A DNA stretch of 64,000 nt from Spirochaetia bacterium (GCA_965203905.1 CBDBDQ010000005.1:1632001-1696000); one strand, 5' to 3'; shown: positions 28,526 to 41,350, numbered from the stretch's first letter. Numbers and translations: made by a program. Notes: a model not told the origin generated them from the letters alone.

Positions 28526-29140
28526 ATGGCAGACGTGGCGATGAAGCGGAATTTCCCCGGCGGGACGGTGGCGATGCGGCTGGTGGGCGAGGCGTTCGTC
28601 GCCGCGAGCGCCATCGTGGTGGGTGACGTGACCTTGGGAGCGGACACCAGCGTGTGGCCGTTCACCTGCATCCGCGGCGACGTGGCCCCGGTTCGGGTGG
28701 GCGCGCGCTGCTCGATCCAGGACCAGGTGATGCTGCACACCCGTAGCGGGGAGGCACTGGAGATCGGCGACGATGTGGTGGTCGGCCACCAGGCGTGCGT
28801 GCACTGCCGCCGGGTCGGGGACGGCTGCCTGATCGGCATCGGCGCCACCGTGCTGGACGGCGCGGTGCTCGGGGAAGGCTGCCTGGTGGCGGCGGGGGCG
28901 GTGGTGCGGCCCGAGTCGCGGATAGCCGCGGGCTCCCTGGTGGCGGGAGTGCCGGCGCGCGAGGTGCGGCCGGTCAGCGCCGCGGAGCGCGACTACATCG
29001 CGCGCATCGTCGCCGCTTACTGCGAACTGGCGCGGCAGCACGCCTGCGGCCGCTTCGACGGCGCTCCGGTGGCGGACAACGCGAGGACGAGCGGCGACGC
29101 CAGCGGAACCGCAGGCAGCGGCACCGGCGCCAGCCGGTAA
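28526..29140 (+). CDS. Gamma carbonic anhydrase family hexapeptide-repeat protein
   Basis: IRGDV, SIQDQVMLH, VGHQACVH, hexapeptide repeats, VAGVPAR. Confidence 0.9.
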   Translation: MADVAMKRNFPGGTVAMRLVGEAFVAASAIVVGDVTLGADTSVWPFTCIRGDVAPVRVGARCSIQDQVMLHTRSGEALEIGDDVVVGHQACVHCRRVGDGCLIGIGATVLDGAVLGEGCLVAAGAVVRPESRIAAGSLVAGVPAREVRPVSAAERDYIARIVAAYCELARQHACGRFDGAPVADNARTSGDASGTAGSGTGASR

Positions 29141-29144
29141 CCGG

Positions 29145-31064
29145 CTACAGCTCGAACGCCGCGAGCTGCTCCACGCTGCACTCGTCGAGGGCGGCCTCGA
29201 TGATGCTGCGGCCCAGCGGCTCCAGGTCGGATTCCTTCAGGTAGGGCCGCAGGGTGGTCGCGAAGAAGGCGCGCAGCTCGGCGTCGCCGGCGTCGTATCC
29301 CGCTTCGCCCACCTCGGTCTGCAACTCCACCTGCAGCAGCTCCGGCGGGATCAAGGCGCCCTCGATCTGCATCGAGCGCAGGGCGTAGCCCAGCAGGGGG
29401 CAGCGCGCCGGGGTGAGCTGGTCGGGACGGAAGCGCGCCCCGCTGCGCCGCGCCAGGTACTCGCGGGCGATCCACTGCGGCATGAAGCCGACCCGCCAGG
29501 CTCCGACGTGCTGGTTGGGACTTAGAGTGAAGCGCGTTGCCGGGGTGTTGCGGATCTGGCGCAGCAGCAGGTTGGCGTGCACCACGCGGCGGCCGGTGGC
29601 GAACGGCCAATAGGAACCGACGCCTTCGCTGGTCAGCCCGGCGTCGACCGTGATGCTGGGGTTGGAGTAGCCGCGCGGTGCCACCAGGCGCCACAGCCAG
29701 GCCAGTGCCGGCGGCAGCACGTGCAGCAGGCCGGGGATGCCGTAGCTGGGCTGGGCCGCGGTACAGGGCGGCGTGCGAATGCCGAAGCTGCGCACGTCCA
29801 CCGTCGCCGTGTCGTCCACGATCCCCGCCACCAGGCGCCGCGGCACGATGACGCGCGGGTTGGGGCATGGCACTCCCGGCTCGTCCTCCACGTGCTCCCA
29901 GATCAGGCAGGTGGCGCCGGGCGTCGCCACCATGTTCATGAACAGCAGCGGCTCCGGGGGATGGATCGAGAGCCGCTCGTAGGAGGGGTCGATGCCGTAG
30001 TGGTCGATGTGGTTGACGCGCAGGAACCACGCTTCCTCGGCGTCCACCACCGCCAGGTGCCCGCTTTCATTGCGCAGGTCGGGATGGCACAGCGCCATGT
30101 CGTCGGTCACCGGGCGCAGGGCGCAGGTCTGCCCCATGGCGATGTAGCGGCGCTCGCCGGTCACGGTGTTCTGGCCCAGCAGCAGGCGGCCGTCGGCTTC
30201 GCGGTGCACGTGCTCCAGCATCTCGCTCTTGCCGCCGCCGCTGGCGCCCTCGTGCATGATGGTGACGATGTTGTCGTAGGGGGTGACCACCTCGACGGTG
30301 GAGCCGTGGGCGGTGATCCAGCCTTCGCTCTCGCCGATGGTGAGCAGCACGCCGTACACCCCCTTCTTGGCGCTCGGACCCGGATACAGGTTGAGGGAGT
30401 GGATCTCGTGGCGGTCGGCCATGCGGTTGTGCACCACCACCTGGCGGCCGTCGCAGTGGGTGTGCCGGAACGGCGGCGCCAGGAAGATGATGGCGCGCGG
30501 GGTGAAGCCGTCTTCGATGTCGATGCCGGGCAGCATCCCCTGCAGGTCGGCAAGTGCCCCGGCGAAGAAGGCCGCGTTGCTGGGGGCGATGAGCAGGGAG
30601 TCGTAGCCGAACTCGCGGCCGCCGGACACGAACGGCAGGGCGATCAGCTCCTGCTCCCCGAGCCAGCGCAGGATCTCCGCGCGCAGCGGCGCGAATGGGG
30701 CATCGAAGCGGTCGACGAAGCGCGGCTTCTCCGACGGCCCCTCGTCGGCCACCACCATGCAGTCGGGATCGCGCCGCCGCATGTAGGCCTCGACGTAGTT
30801 CACCGCCACTCCGTTGCGGCAGCGGGTCACCACTGCCTCCACGATCCGGCCGCGGCCCGGTATGTCGTAGGCAACCTCGAACTGCATCTGCCCCTCGATC
30901 TCGCCGAGCGACAGCTTCAGGAGCTGACTGCGGCTGCGCGGCACCAGCACCTCGGGCGCTGCCTGCAGGGTCGCCACGATGTCGGGCGGCAGCCGCATGC
31001 GCCACCACGTCGCCAACTCCTCGGCGGCGACCGGCGGCCGCACCAGCGTTTCGGTAGAAGCCAT
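29145..31064 (-). CDS. DUF4914 family protein (PEPCK-like P-loop)
   Basis: YMRRRDPDCM, NLYPGPSAKKGVYG, HEGASGGGKSEM, PVTDDMA, SEGVGSYWPF. Confidence 0.85.
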   Translation of the reverse strand: MASTETLVRPPVAAEELATWWRMRLPPDIVATLQAAPEVLVPRSRSQLLKLSLGEIEGQMQFEVAYDIPGRGRIVEAVVTRCRNGVAVNYVEAYMRRRDPDCMVVADEGPSEKPRFVDRFDAPFAPLRAEILRWLGEQELIALPFVSGGREFGYDSLLIAPSNAAFFAGALADLQGMLPGIDIEDGFTPRAIIFLAPPFRHTHCDGRQVVVHNRMADRHEIHSLNLYPGPSAKKGVYGVLLTIGESEGWITAHGSTVEVVTPYDNIVTIMHEGASGGGKSEMLEHVHREADGRLLLGQNTVTGERRYIAMGQTCALRPVTDDMALCHPDLRNESGHLAVVDAEEAWFLRVNHIDHYGIDPSYERLSIHPPEPLLFMNMVATPGATCLIWEHVEDEPGVPCPNPRVIVPRRLVAGIVDDTATVDVRSFGIRTPPCTAAQPSYGIPGLLHVLPPALAWLWRLVAPRGYSNPSITVDAGLTSEGVGSYWPFATGRRVVHANLLLRQIRNTPATRFTLSPNQHVGAWRVGFMPQWIAREYLARRSGARFRPDQLTPARCPLLGYALRSMQIEGALIPPELLQVELQTEVGEAGYDAGDAELRAFFATTLRPYLKESDLEPLGRSIIEAALDECSVEQLAAFEL

Positions 31065-31290
31065 GGGTAGGCCGCCAATGTAGGCATAACCCGAGCTGCC
31101 GAGCAACGCGACACGGGCCGCGGGGCCGCGGCGACGCAAGACTGCGGTGGCGGTGCCTTGGCGCCGAAGTGGCACCCGGTACCGGCTGCATCCGGCGCCG
31201 GCGCGCCGAGGGGGCGACGAGTCGGCGCGCGGCGGTGCGGGAACCGCGAGTTGACGCGCAACGCGGTTTCCTGCTACGGATTAGCCTCTT

Positions 31291-33573
<2,283 letters not shown>

Positions 33574-33577
33574 TCCC

Positions 33578-34165
33578 ATGGGTGACCGCTGGCTGCAGCA
33601 TGTCAACGTGAAGTTCCCGGCCGCGGCGGCAAGCGCCGCCGCGGTGGACCTGGCGTTGGCGATTCCGGTGTTCCACCGCTGGATCCAGGAGCAGGCCCTG
33701 CCCGGGCTGCTGGTCGACGTCGCCGACTACCGCCACGTGCCGGAGGGTCCGGGCGTGGTGCTGGTGGCGCACGAGGCGATCTACGGCCTGGACCTCGGAG
33801 GCGGCAGGCTGGGGCTGCTGTACAACCGCCGCACGCGGTTGGACGCGGCGCCGGCCGAGGCGTTGCCGCAGGCGTTCCGGGCGGCCCTGGAGGCGTGCCG
33901 CAAGCTGGAGCAGGAGCCCGAGTTCGGCGGCGCCCTGCGCTTCGAAGGCGGCGCCTGCGAGGTGGTGGTCAACGACCGTGCCCTGGCGCCCAACGACGCC
34001 GCCACCGGCGCCCGCCTGCGCGCCGAGCTGGAGCCACTGCTGGACCGTCTCTGGGGCGGCGCCAGATATACCGTCGAGCCGCTCGGTGAGTCCCGCGACC
34101 GCCTGGGCCTGAGCGCGCGCAGCAGCGCCGCGCACACTGCCGGCGACCTTCTCGAACGCATATAG
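33578..34165 (+). CDS. Hypothetical protein co-transcribed with the reductase
   Basis: ATG 4 nt after the reductase stop; host-like codon usage; IPVFHRWIQ...DVADYRHVPEGPG. Confidence 0.75.
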   Translation: MGDRWLQHVNVKFPAAAASAAAVDLALAIPVFHRWIQEQALPGLLVDVADYRHVPEGPGVVLVAHEAIYGLDLGGGRLGLLYNRRTRLDAAPAEALPQAFRAALEACRKLEQEPEFGGALRFEGGACEVVVNDRALAPNDAATGARLRAELEPLLDRLWGGARYTVEPLGESRDRLGLSARSSAAHTAGDLLERI

Positions 34166-34188
34166 CACTTTCCCAAAAGGAGTAAACC

Positions 34189-35382
34189 ATGGACCTCGTC
34201 GATACCGGATTCGTCCTCATATGTTCTGCCCTCGTCTTCCTGATGACGCCGGGACTCGCCTTCTTCTACGGCGGCCTGGTGGGCCGCCACAACACGCTGA
34301 CCATCATGGCCCAGAACCTGATTGCGCTGGGGCTGGTGAGCGCCGTGTGGATCGTCATCGGTTTCTCGCTCGCCTTCGGGGACACCGTCGGCGGCATCAT
34401 CGGCGACCTCAAGTACTGGCTGTTCCGGATCCCGGTCGACGAGGTGTTCAGCGGGACCACGATCCCGACCTGGACCTTCTTCCTGTTCCAGATGATGTTC
34501 GCGGTGATCACGCCGGCGCTGATCACCGGCGCGTTCGTCGACCGCTTCCGCTTCAGCAGCTACCTGATCTTCATCTGCATCTGGAGCGTGCTGGTGTACT
34601 CGGTGCTGGCGCACTGGGTATGGGGCGGCGGGCTGCTGGCCAAGCTGGGTGCCATCGACTTCGCCGGCGGCACCGTGGTCCACATCTCTGCCGGCATGGC
34701 CGCGCTGGCCACCGTCTCCGTGCTGGGAGCGCGCCACACCCACACCGCCCCGCACGACATTCGCTTCGTGGCGCTGGGCGCCGCGCTGCTGTGGTTCGGC
34801 TGGTTCGGCTTCAACGGCGGCAGCGCGCTGTCGCCCAACGAGATCGCGTCAGTCGCCTTCATCAACACCGACATCTCCGCCTCGACCGCGATGGTCACCT
34901 GGATGCTGCTGTCGTGGCGCCACAAGGGCAAGCCGAGCATCATCGGCGCGCTCACCGGCGCGATCGCGGGCCTCATTGCCGTCACCCCGGCCGCCGGCTT
35001 CGTGACTCCCGGCTGGGCGGCGCTGATCGGCGTGCTGTCCGGCGCGGTGTGCTACGGCGCGGTGATTTTCAAGGAGAAGATGGGCTGGGACGACGCCCTC
35101 GACGTGTGGGCGGTGCATGGCGTGGGCGGCATCCTCGGCTCTATCCTCACCGGCATGTTCGCAACCCCGGAGACGGGCGCCACGGGCCTGGTGTACGGCG
35201 GCGTGGGGCTGTTCTTCGCCAATCTGGCCGCCACGGTGATCAGCGCGGCGTATGCCTTCGGCATGACCTGGCTCATCCTCAAGGTGCTCGGTGCCATCAC
35301 GCGCCTGAAGCCGGAAACCGACGAGCTGGAAGCGGGCCTCGACCTCACCTTCCACGGCGAACGCGCCCTCGACCACGGCTGA
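34189..35382 (+). CDS. amtB: Ammonium transporter
   Basis: MTPGLAFFYGG, FQMMFA, DFAGGTVVH, LWFGWFGFNGGS, DDALDVWAVHG; AGGAG RBS. Confidence 0.97.
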   Translation: MDLVDTGFVLICSALVFLMTPGLAFFYGGLVGRHNTLTIMAQNLIALGLVSAVWIVIGFSLAFGDTVGGIIGDLKYWLFRIPVDEVFSGTTIPTWTFFLFQMMFAVITPALITGAFVDRFRFSSYLIFICIWSVLVYSVLAHWVWGGGLLAKLGAIDFAGGTVVHISAGMAALATVSVLGARHTHTAPHDIRFVALGAALLWFGWFGFNGGSALSPNEIASVAFINTDISASTAMVTWMLLSWRHKGKPSIIGALTGAIAGLIAVTPAAGFVTPGWAALIGVLSGAVCYGAVIFKEKMGWDDALDVWAVHGVGGILGSILTGMFATPETGATGLVYGGVGLFFANLAATVISAAYAFGMTWLILKVLGAITRLKPETDELEAGLDLTFHGERALDHG

Positions 35383-35385
35383 CCT

Positions 35386-35426
35386 GACGTAATGGCGCGA
35401 CCCGGACACGGCCGCGCCATTATGTC
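35386..35426. terminator. Hairpin between convergent genes
   Basis: GACGTAATGGCGCG / CGCGCCATTATGTC 14-bp stem (one G-U) right after the amtB stop; no U-tract. Confidence 0.5.
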
Positions 35427-35483
35427 GCCGGCAGCGCGCGAGGGGCAGGCGCGCCGCCGGCGTGGGCGTAGTTGGAGCGTAAC

Positions 35484-35783
35484 TCAGCGTCCGGCGTCTC
35501 GAGAACGCGTGCGCCGCGCCTCCTTGATCTCCTGATCGATGTCTGAGTTGGTCAACCCTACCGTGCCGGCAGCGCGAGACTGTGACCGAATCTCTCGCAC
35601 TGCCCGGGGCGCTCGCGCGAACACCAGTTCCTGAATGTCCTCCAGCAACGTGGCGTCGCTCGTCGGGATCATGATGCTGCGCGGCAGTCCGTCCTCGGTG
35701 ATCACGACGACGCCTTCCCGCTCAAGGTCCTCCCAGACCCTTCCAGGTCGGGCGGCGAGTGTGCGCCAAGCGATCATCCTCAT
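35484..35783 (-). CDS. Phd/YefM-like antitoxin, no adjacent toxin
   Basis: MRMIAWRTLAARPGRVWEDL...VVITEDGLPRSIM; C-terminal DIDQEIKEAR. Confidence 0.75.
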   Translation of the reverse strand: MRMIAWRTLAARPGRVWEDLEREGVVVITEDGLPRSIMIPTSDATLLEDIQELVFARAPRAVREIRSQSRAAGTVGLTNSDIDQEIKEARRTRSRDAGR

Positions 35784-35976
35784 GTGCTCTACCACTAAGC
35801 AACGAGTCGTCGAGCGTCAAGCAGTTCTGCTGTAACCGCGACGTTGAGCCCTGGGCACTCGGGTTCGGACAACTTCGAGGCTGGGCATGTTTCGTTCTTG
35901 GCGGTCACAGATCAACAGTTGACTACAAATGGGTTGGCAACTAAATTGTAGCCAACAGAACTGTGTGGAGGAAGTG

Positions 35977-37233
35977 TTGAGGAAGGCCGGAGGCAACTGG
36001 GTCGACGGAGAACGGTTCTTCGATCGAGAGGCAGAGGTGGAGGCGCTCATTGAGCGTGTCCATGACGGTCTGCACACGCTGCTGACCGCGCAGCGCAGGA
36101 TGGGCAAGACCAGCCTCGTGCGCGAGACGCTGCGCCGGCTCGGGGAGAAAGGCGAGATTGAACCGCTGTTCGTCGATCTGGAGGACGCCATGGTCCCCGA
36201 GGACGCCGTTGCCGAGATCGCGGCGCGCACTCTCTCGGCCCAGGGAGGTTGGCTCCCTATCAAGCGCTCGTTCGCCAACTTCCTGGAGCAGGCTGGGCGT
36301 CAAATCGAAGAACTGGGATTCGCCGACCTGAAGGTGAGGTTACGGGGCGGAGTCGACGGCGGCAACTGGAAGCAGCGAGGCGACGCGGTGTTCGCGGCGC
36401 TGGCTGACCATGACAAACCTGTCGTGCTCGCTATTGATGAGCTGCCAATCCTGATCAATCGCGTGCTCAAGGGTCCGGACTATCGGCTCACCCCGGAGCG
36501 GAAGCTGGTGGCGGACGAGTTCCTGGGCTGGTTGCGCAAGGCGGCGCAGGCGCACCGCACCATATGCCTGATCATCTCGGGCAGCGTCAGCCTGGAGCCG
36601 ATCCTGCGGCAGGCGGGACTCAGCGCCCACGCCAACGTCTACTCACCCTTCGAGTTGAAGCCATGGACCGAGACAACTGCGGCGAGCTGTCTGGCGGAGC
36701 TGGCGACCAGTTACCAGATCGACCTGCCCGAGGGCGTACGGCGGCACATGTGCCGGATGCTGCGCTGCTGCATTCCGCATCACGTCCAGCAGTTCTTCGA
36801 CTATCTCCACGAAGAGCTGCGTCGACTCGGCAGACGTACCGCCACGTCGGCAGACGCGGACCGGGTGTATGAGGCCGACATGCTCGGGACTCGCGGGACG
36901 ATCGATCTCGATCACTACCAGAGCCGGCTGGCGATGGTGCTGGGGAGAGACGGTCAGCGGATCGCCATCGAGCTGCTGACCGAGGCCGCGGTCAACCGGG
37001 GCGTGCTCACCGCAGAGTCGATTGCCCAGTATGAACGGTACTTCCGGGTCTCGGGCGAAATCAACCTGACGCCTGTCTCGGATGTCCTGCGATTGCTGGA
37101 ACACGACGGCTACTTGGCCAGAACTCCGGACGGCTACGAGTTCGTGTCCCGCCTGGTGGGTGATTGGTGGCGCGCCCGTTTCGGTATGAACTTCGTGCCG
37201 ATTGGCCGTCGCAAGCTTGACGTCGAGGATTGA
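35977..37233 (+). CDS. P-loop ATPase (AAA/STAND-like)
   Basis: FFDREAE, AQRRMGKTS, VLAIDELP, ISGSVSL, PHHVQ. Start TTG inferred. Confidence 0.85.
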   Translation: MRKAGGNWVDGERFFDREAEVEALIERVHDGLHTLLTAQRRMGKTSLVRETLRRLGEKGEIEPLFVDLEDAMVPEDAVAEIAARTLSAQGGWLPIKRSFANFLEQAGRQIEELGFADLKVRLRGGVDGGNWKQRGDAVFAALADHDKPVVLAIDELPILINRVLKGPDYRLTPERKLVADEFLGWLRKAAQAHRTICLIISGSVSLEPILRQAGLSAHANVYSPFELKPWTETTAASCLAELATSYQIDLPEGVRRHMCRMLRCCIPHHVQQFFDYLHEELRRLGRRTATSADADRVYEADMLGTRGTIDLDHYQSRLAMVLGRDGQRIAIELLTEAAVNRGVLTAESIAQYERYFRVSGEINLTPVSDVLRLLEHDGYLARTPDGYEFVSRLVGDWWRARFGMNFVPIGRRKLDVED

Positions 37234-37237
37234 TAGC

Positions 37238-39667
37238 GTGCCTGCCAGGAAGTATAACCCGGGATTTCTGACCGACGACGAGCTGGTCACAACATTCTGT
37301 GTCCGTACCAGCGAGTTCGAGTCTATTGCCGAGACGCTGCGGGAGAACATCGGTAGCTCGAATCAACATCTCCTCGTTATCGGTCCGCGTGGTAGTGGCA
37401 AAACCAGTCTGCTGCTGCGAGTGGCTGTCGAGGTGCGCCGCAACAGAGCCCTTTCATCCCGCCTGTTCCCGATCACGTTTGCAGAGGAAAGCTATGAGGT
37501 CGGCACGTGCGGAGAGTTCTGGCTGGAATCCCTTTATCGTCTCGCTCGGCAAGCCCCTCAAACAGAGTCGGCGGCCAACCTGTTTCGCACTTGGAAAGAT
37601 CTACGCGCAGTGCAGGATGACCAGTCCCTCGCCGCGCGCTGTCTCGGAGCGTTGCTCGATTTTTCGGACCACATTAGCAAGCGGCTCGTGATCCTGGTGG
37701 AGAATCTTAACATGATGCTGGGAGACATGATGGACCGCGATGCAGGCTGGCGGCTCAGAAAAACGCTCCAGACCGAACCCAGGATCATCCTGCTGGGAAG
37801 TGCGACCAGCCGATTCGCCGAGATCGACCGCCCCGACCAAGCCTTGTATGACCTCTTCCGCGTGATCACCCTGCGTCCTCTGAACACGACCGAATGCGGG
37901 CTGCTCTGGAAGTCCATTTCCGGAGATAGTACACCAGATGGGAAGATACGGTCTCTTGAGATCCTTACCGGTGGGAGCCCGCGTCTCATCGCGATCGTCG
38001 CTCAATTCGGTGCAGGGCGCCCGTTCCATGAGCTCATGGACGACCTGCTTGAGCTCATCGACGAACACACCGAGTACTTCAAGAGCCATCTCGACTCCCT
38101 GCCGCACCAGGAGCGGCGCATTTACCTGGCACTTGCCGACCTCTGGAAGCCAGCAACTACCCGAGAAATCGCTGACCGTACGCGTCTGAGTTCAAGCACC
38201 TGCAGCGCGCAACTAAAGAGGCTGATCTATCGCGGGGTGGTCACCGAGGAGGGCGGGACTCCCCGGCGCAAGCAGTACTACCTCGTCGAGCGTCTGTACA
38301 ATATCTACTACCTGCTCCGGCGAGGAGGGACTGATGGCGTCGTCCGCGCGCTCATCCGGTTCATGGCTTCACTCTACTCGCAGTCTGATCTAATGAGACT
38401 GGATGACAGGCTCTCGGCCGAAGCTAGGCAAGCTGACCAGAGCCTTAAGGCACTATATCAGAGGGCGCTCGCTCAGTTGAGACTACTGCCGGAGATCCAC
38501 GCAGGGTTTCTCCACGATGCTACTAAACTTGCGGATCATGTACTCGATTACGCGACCATGTATGACGAACTCTTCGAACGCGGCCGTTTTCAAGCCTCTC
38601 TTGAAGCGTGTGACGATATTCTGAATCGAGTAGGCCCTGGGGAATTTTTTCCCCTCCGTGACTTCGTCGCTACCGTACTCTTGATAAAGGGCTACTCGCT
38701 ACGGCTACTGAACCGCCCGCTTGATGCATTGGAGGTTTATGACGAGGCGATCAGGCGGTTTGAGAAGTCCGAGATGCCGAGGACTGTCGCATCGATTGCC
38801 AACGCTATGGTTAACAAAGGGGCCGCGCTCAATCAGTTGAATAGGCCGAGAGATGCGATGAAGCTGTATGACGATATGCTGCTACGGTTCGGCGCCATTC
38901 GCGATCGAGCAGTCCAAGGGAGCGTCGAAACGGCACTGGTGAACAAGGGCATTACACTAGGCCGATTGGGTCGCCCGGAGGACGCAGTGGTAGTATTCGA
39001 TGAAGTGGCGAGCAGGTTCGGGGACAGTGCGCAGGCTGCGAAGGCAATGGCGAACAAAGGTGTCGCACTCACACGCTTGCGACGAGAATCGGATGCTCTG
39101 GTGACATATGATGACATGATCAAGCGTTTCGGGTGGCGCACAGATTCGGAGACGGTCGAGTACGTAGCGCTGGGATTGTTGAACAAGGCCATGACACTGA
39201 GCGAACTGAATCGAACCAGGGAGTCGCTTGAGATCTACGATGGACTAGCTAGACAGTTCCGGAGTAGCCCCATAGTCGAATTGAGGAATACTGCAACGAA
39301 GGCGATCGTGAATAGGGCGGTGCTCAACACCGGGTATGGTCTGGTGACCGACAAGGCTGTCTACGAACGTGATCTAAAGACGATTCTCCCGACTCTTCCA
39401 ACGATTGATAGTCTGCCGGACTCTGCCATACGAGCTCTGGCGGTGTTCAGCGTCCACCTCGGGCCGGCGCGCACCCTGGAGTTGATTCAGCACTCGCCGG
39501 CGGCGGAGTCGCTGCTTCCACTAGTCACGGCATTGGAGCAGGAAGTGGGGCTCAAGCCTCGAGTTGCGCGGGAAGTGAACGAGGTCGCCAAGGACATCCG
39601 TAAGGAGTTGGCCAATTTGAGAACGCTCGTGCCGCTGCCCAACACGGAACCGACTGTCCATACTTGA
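37238..39667 (+). CDS. P-loop NTPase + winged HTH + TPR repeats
   Basis: GPRGSGKT, degenerate Walker B VILVEN, TGGSPR, HTH TTREIADRTRLSSSTCSAQLKRL, about 5 repeats of A..NKG..L..L.R..DA...YD. Confidence 0.85.
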   Translation: MPARKYNPGFLTDDELVTTFCVRTSEFESIAETLRENIGSSNQHLLVIGPRGSGKTSLLLRVAVEVRRNRALSSRLFPITFAEESYEVGTCGEFWLESLYRLARQAPQTESAANLFRTWKDLRAVQDDQSLAARCLGALLDFSDHISKRLVILVENLNMMLGDMMDRDAGWRLRKTLQTEPRIILLGSATSRFAEIDRPDQALYDLFRVITLRPLNTTECGLLWKSISGDSTPDGKIRSLEILTGGSPRLIAIVAQFGAGRPFHELMDDLLELIDEHTEYFKSHLDSLPHQERRIYLALADLWKPATTREIADRTRLSSSTCSAQLKRLIYRGVVTEEGGTPRRKQYYLVERLYNIYYLLRRGGTDGVVRALIRFMASLYSQSDLMRLDDRLSAEARQADQSLKALYQRALAQLRLLPEIHAGFLHDATKLADHVLDYATMYDELFERGRFQASLEACDDILNRVGPGEFFPLRDFVATVLLIKGYSLRLLNRPLDALEVYDEAIRRFEKSEMPRTVASIANAMVNKGAALNQLNRPRDAMKLYDDMLLRFGAIRDRAVQGSVETALVNKGITLGRLGRPEDAVVVFDEVASRFGDSAQAAKAMANKGVALTRLRRESDALVTYDDMIKRFGWRTDSETVEYVALGLLNKAMTLSELNRTRESLEIYDGLARQFRSSPIVELRNTATKAIVNRAVLNTGYGLVTDKAVYERDLKTILPTLPTIDSLPDSAIRALAVFSVHLGPARTLELIQHSPAAESLLPLVTALEQEVGLKPRVAREVNEVAKDIRKELANLRTLVPLPNTEPTVHT

Positions 39668-39740
39668 TCCGGAGTGCAGAGGAAGACGACCTCTGCGATG
39701 CCGTCAACGGCGGCGCCCCTTCTCACTCACGTCATGATCA

Positions 39741-40961
39741 TCAGGGGATCGTGAGGAGCAGTTCGGTGAGGCCGCGGATGACGAAGGTGGGGTGGTAGAC
39801 GGGATCGGCGGCCAGTTCGATGTCGGGGAAGCTGGTTACCAGGTCGGCCAGGGCGACGGCGAGCTCGTGGCGGGCGAGGGGGGCGCCGACGCAGAAGTGG
39901 ATGCCGCCGCCGAAGCCAATGTGGGTCGGGTCACCGCGCGCCACGTCGAAGCGGTCGGGGTGGTCGAAGCGGCGCGGGTCGCGCTGGGCGGAGCCGAACA
40001 GCATGGCCACCTGCTCGCCCGCGGCCAGCGGCTGACCGGCGATCTCCACGCCGGGCTCCAGCACCCAGCGAGCGAACATCTGCAGCGGGGAGTCCCAGCG
40101 CAGCAGTTCCTCGACCGCGGTGGCGGCATCCATCTCGCCGGCGACCAAGCGCCGCCACTGGTCGCGGTGGGTCAGCAGCGCCTTCATCCCGTTGCCCATG
40201 GTGTTGACGGTCGCCTCGTGGCCCGCCTCCAGCAGCACCATCGTGGTGGACACGATCTCGTCGTCGCTGAGCCGCTCGTCATCCTCGGAGACCTCGGCGA
40301 GTCGCGAGACCAGCCGCTCGTCCGGTGAGCGCCGCTTGTCGGCGATCAGCTCCCGCGTGTAGTCGATGAACTCACCGGCCGCCGCATTGGCCCGTGACTT
40401 CAACTCGTCGGACGCCGACAGCTCGTACATCTTGACGATGGCGTGCGACCAGTCCAGCAGACGCGGCGTGTCGGCGCGCGGCACGCCCAGCACCTCGCCG
40501 ACCACCGCCACCGAGTAGCGCTGGGCGTAGTCGGCGAGCAGGTCGAACGTGCCCATCTCGCGGCAGCGCTCGATCAGCTCCCGGGACAGCTCGGCGATCA
40601 CCGGACCGATCCGGGTCACCGAACGGGAAGTAAACACCTTGGAGACCAGCTTGCGGATGCGGGTGTGGTCGGGCGGTTCCAGGCTCAGCAGCGACCAGCG
40701 CTCGTGCTGGTGGAACGAGGCCCAGCGCGGGTCGGGCTCCGGTTGGCCCAGATCGGCATGGCGGAACCGGTGGTGGTAGATGCGGCCCAGGCGGCGGTCG
40801 CGCAGCGTCTCGTCCACGTCGGCGAAGCGCGTCAGCATCCACTGCCCGGTCTGCTCGTTGCGAAAGATCGGCGTCGCCTCCCGCACCCGCCCCAGCGCCG
40901 GATAGGGATCGGCCAGGAACCCGGGATCATAGAAGTCCAGCTCCGACGCCGGATCCGTCAT
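39741..40961 (-). CDS. Cytochrome P450
   Basis: PPDHTRIR, AGHEAT, EELLR (ExxR), FGGGIHFCVG heme motif. Confidence 0.95.
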   Translation of the reverse strand: MTDPASELDFYDPGFLADPYPALGRVREATPIFRNEQTGQWMLTRFADVDETLRDRRLGRIYHHRFRHADLGQPEPDPRWASFHQHERWSLLSLEPPDHTRIRKLVSKVFTSRSVTRIGPVIAELSRELIERCREMGTFDLLADYAQRYSVAVVGEVLGVPRADTPRLLDWSHAIVKMYELSASDELKSRANAAAGEFIDYTRELIADKRRSPDERLVSRLAEVSEDDERLSDDEIVSTTMVLLEAGHEATVNTMGNGMKALLTHRDQWRRLVAGEMDAATAVEELLRWDSPLQMFARWVLEPGVEIAGQPLAAGEQVAMLFGSAQRDPRRFDHPDRFDVARGDPTHIGFGGGIHFCVGAPLARHELAVALADLVTSFPDIELAADPVYHPTFVIRGLTELLLTIP

Positions 40962-41000
40962 CGCCATCAACCGACTCCTGTGGTATCGTAGCCATCGTCG

Positions 41001-41285
41001 ATGCTGGTCTACAAGGCGATGTACAAGTTCCTGGACCAGGGAGTCCATGCGGAGGTCCTGGACTTTCCGGGAGTCATCAGTTGGGGGCCTGACCTGAACG
41101 AAGCGCGTCAATTGCTGTCGAGTGCCCTGGTAGACATGGCTGAACTCAACCTCGAACGGGGTGAACCGTTGCCGCAGGCGAATGCCGCCGCCACCGATCC
41201 CGACTCAGACCTGGAAGAACCGATCTACCTCCTGCTGCAAGCTACGTCACGGGTGACCGTGGTTGCTCAGAACGCTTCGTCTTGA
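41001..41285 (+). CDS. hicB: HicB-family antitoxin
   Basis: VLDFPGVISWGPDLNEARQLL..AL....LERGEPLP. Confidence 0.8.
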   Translation: MLVYKAMYKFLDQGVHAEVLDFPGVISWGPDLNEARQLLSSALVDMAELNLERGEPLPQANAAATDPDSDLEEPIYLLLQATSRVTVVAQNASS

Positions 41286-41350
41286 AGCGGAGGGACCTTC
41301 TTCGGCATCTGCGCCCTTCACGACTGTCAATTCGTTCGTGAGGGTAGTGC
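41282..41350 (+). pseudogene. HicA toxin remnant
   Basis: TTGA overlap with hicB. MKRRDLLRHLR, then after one extra C, LHDCQFVREG; similarity is lost before the catalytic His. Confidence 0.7.

Noticed and set aside
31100-31290. Sigma54 promoter or nitrogen-regulator box between DUF4914 and the reductase
   Set aside because: TGGCAC at ~31170 lacks a correctly spaced TTGC; other GG-N10-GC matches are uninformative at this GC content.
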